Translations under genes and position numbers: made by a program
Shown: positions 61,475-64,000 of the stretch, piece by piece
How the letters are laid out: every line of letters begins with the position of its first letter
How positions within the stretch are numbered: position 1 is the first letter of the stretch
Notes under the pieces: generated by a model
The model's database searches: none
Seen by the model: only the letters and a program-made list of their open reading frames with translations
Told to the model about the DNA's origin: nothing
Origin: Prorocentrum cordatum
Lineage: Eukaryota
NCBI GenBank assembly: GCA_963575745.1
Contig: CAUYUJ010000103.1
Location: 558,001-622,000 of the forward strand
Length of the DNA stretch: 64,000 nucleotides
Direction of reading: 5' to 3'

Positions 61475-61715
61475 AGATGGAGGAGGAGGGACAGCCGTTC
61501 GATTCCTGAGCGGGGAAGGCGCGAAAGCAGAGTGGGATCTGGGAATCCAGGAAGGCAGTCAACCCAAGTAAGGATGCGGCCTACACTTGACCGCTTCCGT
61601 TGGCCGCGCCCCGCCTGCAAAGTGTCGACGCGGCCTTCCGAGGCCCTCGCACCCGCGTCGTGCGCCATTCTCATACGGGTTCACTGCATTCACATGCAGC
61701 GGGCAGAGGGGCATA

Positions 61716-61890
61716 CAGTCGGGGCCCTGAAGAAGGAACCCTTTTCGTTGGGGAGGGGCTCCGTGTTTCTCAATTGTTTCGCAGCTTGCCTTAGGTTTGC
61801 CTTAGGTTTTCGATACGAAATCGAAGTCCAACTTATGGAAAAAAGGGGCCTCGTTCCTCATTTTGGGCTCCTGAGGTCAAGCCCCCGACT
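61716..61890 (+). mobile_element. MITE family A copy 3 (right end eroded)
   Basis: TA|CAGTCGGGGCCCTGA...GGTCAAGCCCCCGACT; interior homologous to copies 1 and 2. Confidence 0.88.
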
Positions 61891-61998
61891 ATGGCCCTCG
61901 CCGACATCCGACTGCTGCTGGGGATGCAGCCTCCGAGGGCCCTGAGGGCGCGCGCCACAGGGCCGCAGTGGCCGGTCACGCGCCGAGGGGGGCGGGGG

Positions 61999-62121
61999 GA
62001 GGGGGGAAGGCTTCTTCGAAGCACCCCTGCCTCTTAGAAGGCACGGGGCCCCCTCTATACTGCACATGTAAGGCTGGCGCCTTCTAAGAAGCAGCCCCCT
62101 TCCAAGAAGCCTTCCCCCCTC
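61999..62121. repeat. 123-bp hairpin element (MITE-like)
   Basis: gaggggggaaggcttcttcgaag..tcttagaaggc versus gccttctaaga..cttccaagaagccttcccccctc. Confidence 0.75.
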
Positions 62122-64000
62122 AGCTCTATACACCCAGAGATCCAATGCATTGACAAAAATTAAGACGGGTTTGTTTCGCAAATTTCGGCCCCCAGGGGCA
62201 CTCGCCGCCAAAGAGGCTCACCGTGCCAGCCTCGCCTGCCGTCGCCCCCGCCCAGTTACCGCCGAGGGAACAGCTGCCGGCGGCGCTGGCCACCACAACG
62301 ACTCCGATTGCACTACGCGTTCGAGTCGCTCCCTTCGGCGTGTGCGCCCAACCTGCTGAGGGCTAGAGTTGGTGACCGCACCGTGATCGCAAGCACGGCG
62401 CCCGATCAAAACAGGAACAGAACACGGGGGAGCAGCTGCAGGCCGCACTGCAGCGGTGCAGCCGCGGCCGAGGGCGTGAAGCCGCGCAGGCTCAGGTCGC
62501 GCTCGCTGCGCATCGGCGGCGCACCCGCGCCGTGGCTGCCACGGTCGGGAACTTTTGGACAGCGCGTCGCGCCGCAGAGTCTGGCCAGCCATGCTGCGGC
62601 GCGACACGCTATCCGCTCCACGGCCCCGGGGCGTCAACGTCCCGAGCTTCCCGCGGAGCGGAGCGGCACGCTATATCCGCTCGCATGGCACAGCGTGTCA
62701 CCAGGGCCGCCGCGGCGGCACGCCGTGCAAAGGTTCCTGGTCGTAGGAGGAATAGAAGGAGCGAGCCTGCTTGAGCATCATCAGTTGTGGTGCCTTTCCA
62801 TGGGGTTTTGGCCGCCACTCCCGCTCGCCAGCAGTAACAATAGATTGTGCATGGTTCAGTTCTGCTGAACTTGGTAGTTGACCAATACGTGTGAGTTTGT
62901 CATGAGCACTGAAGCGCTGTTTTTTGGAAGCAGGGGGAACCTCAACCGTTTTGCCCTGCCCGCTGAGCCTTCCCAGCGGGTCCGAAGTGGTTCCTCCTCC
63001 ACTCGTTTTTTAACATCTTCACCGCCTCTCCGGGGTGTAGGCGGCGGAGGTGCAGCGGTGGACGCACGACGGCTCCACATCTGGCGCTACTCGACACCTG
63101 GTGCTGCTAATGGCAAGTCGCCCGCTTGAGGATCACCAGTTGCGATTCCTCTCGCTCTGCCGGAGGTCCGTGCGGAGCACGTAAAGACTGGGAGTTGGAT
63201 GGTTTACCCTGCTCGTCTGCTGCGCTGGTCTGCCGGGTCGTTCTGCCCGCCCCGGGGCCTGGCCAGTGCCCGGGGGGCGGATGCGCCTCCCTTCGGGGCT
63301 CAAGAGACGGGGGTCAATGCAAATGGGTGTCAGTCAGAGCGCCAGAGTTCGCAGGATCTTGCAGAGCCAAGGTCGCATCGGCCCGGGCTTGGGTGCAGTA
63401 TCCTGCAGGATTTGGCAGGATCCTGCAGAGCCTGACTGATCTGGGTTTGGATTGACCCGGGTCAGCAGATCCCCGACCACCCTCCCCCGTTTCAGCGCCA
63501 GGACGAGCGTGCGAATGTCCACGAGGGCAATGCGCATTCGCCGCGTGTCAGCACTAGGCAACGCCAAATTCAAGCTTCGATGACCATTGCAGCAACGCGC
63601 CATTTGTAAACAATTCCGCGAGCCTCTGGGTGGTTTCTTGGGGCCGTTCGGGGGCTTCTTAGGGGCCTTTGGGAGGCTTCCTGGGGGCTTCTTTCGGACC
63701 TCTTGGGAGCCTCTTTGTGGCCTCTTGGGACCTGTAGTGGGCGTCCTGGGCCGTCTTGGGGCGCTCTTGCGCCGTCTGGCTCCTTAGGAGGCCGTTTTGG
63801 GGTCTCTCGGGACCGCCCTGTGGCTCTCTTAGGGTTCTCGTGGACCGTCTTGGGGGGCCTCTTGGACCGTCTTGGGGGCCTCTTTGGACCACCTTGGGTC
63901 CTCTGGCCGTCTTGGGGCCTTGTTTGCTAGCTTGGGGGCCGTCGTGGGGCCATCTTGGAGGCTGCTTGGGCCATCATGGCCCCTCTGATTTAACAAAAAA

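Noticed and set aside
62150..63100. Possible additional minus-strand retroelement relic
   Set aside because: Complex sequence, but no unambiguous RT/EN motif could be identified by eye.

Overview
Repeat-saturated, GC-rich eukaryotic DNA. It is most likely from a dinoflagellate nuclear genome, inferred from relic copies of the 22-nt dinoflagellate spliced leader (DCCGTAGCCATTTTGGCTCAAG) at 12879 and 37281. Almost all listed ORFs are translations of microsatellites or GC-rich noise. Real content: (i) long (TAG/CTA)n, (CCT/GGA)n, (CAA)n, (GAT)n, (TG)n and (TA)n tracts plus many 10-12-bp minisatellites; (ii) decayed retroelements: an APE+RT LINE (14.4-16.8 kb), a Ty1/copia polyprotein (50-54.6 kb), a probable second LINE (55.8-57.8 kb) and the CCHC+RLE end of a restriction-endonuclease-type non-LTR element (60.1-60.7 kb, minus); (iii) a dozen short non-autonomous inverted-repeat elements (a 3-copy TA-flanked MITE family, a CMC/EnSpm-like MITE, two elements sharing ACCTA...TAGGT ends, several foldbacks); (iv) an ~8-kb modular macrosatellite (19.9-28.2 kb); (v) one plausible intronless membrane-protein retrogene behind SL relics (37389-38006) and one interrupted coiled-coil ORF (40.15-41.3 kb). 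No rRNA, tRNA, CRISPR array or intact transposase/RT gene was seen. I cannot demonstrate a new biological system. The best leads are tandem SL relics apparently heading LINE copies, stacked or target-sharing MITEs, and the macrosatellite. All calls were made by eye with no database searches; boundaries of decayed elements are approximate.
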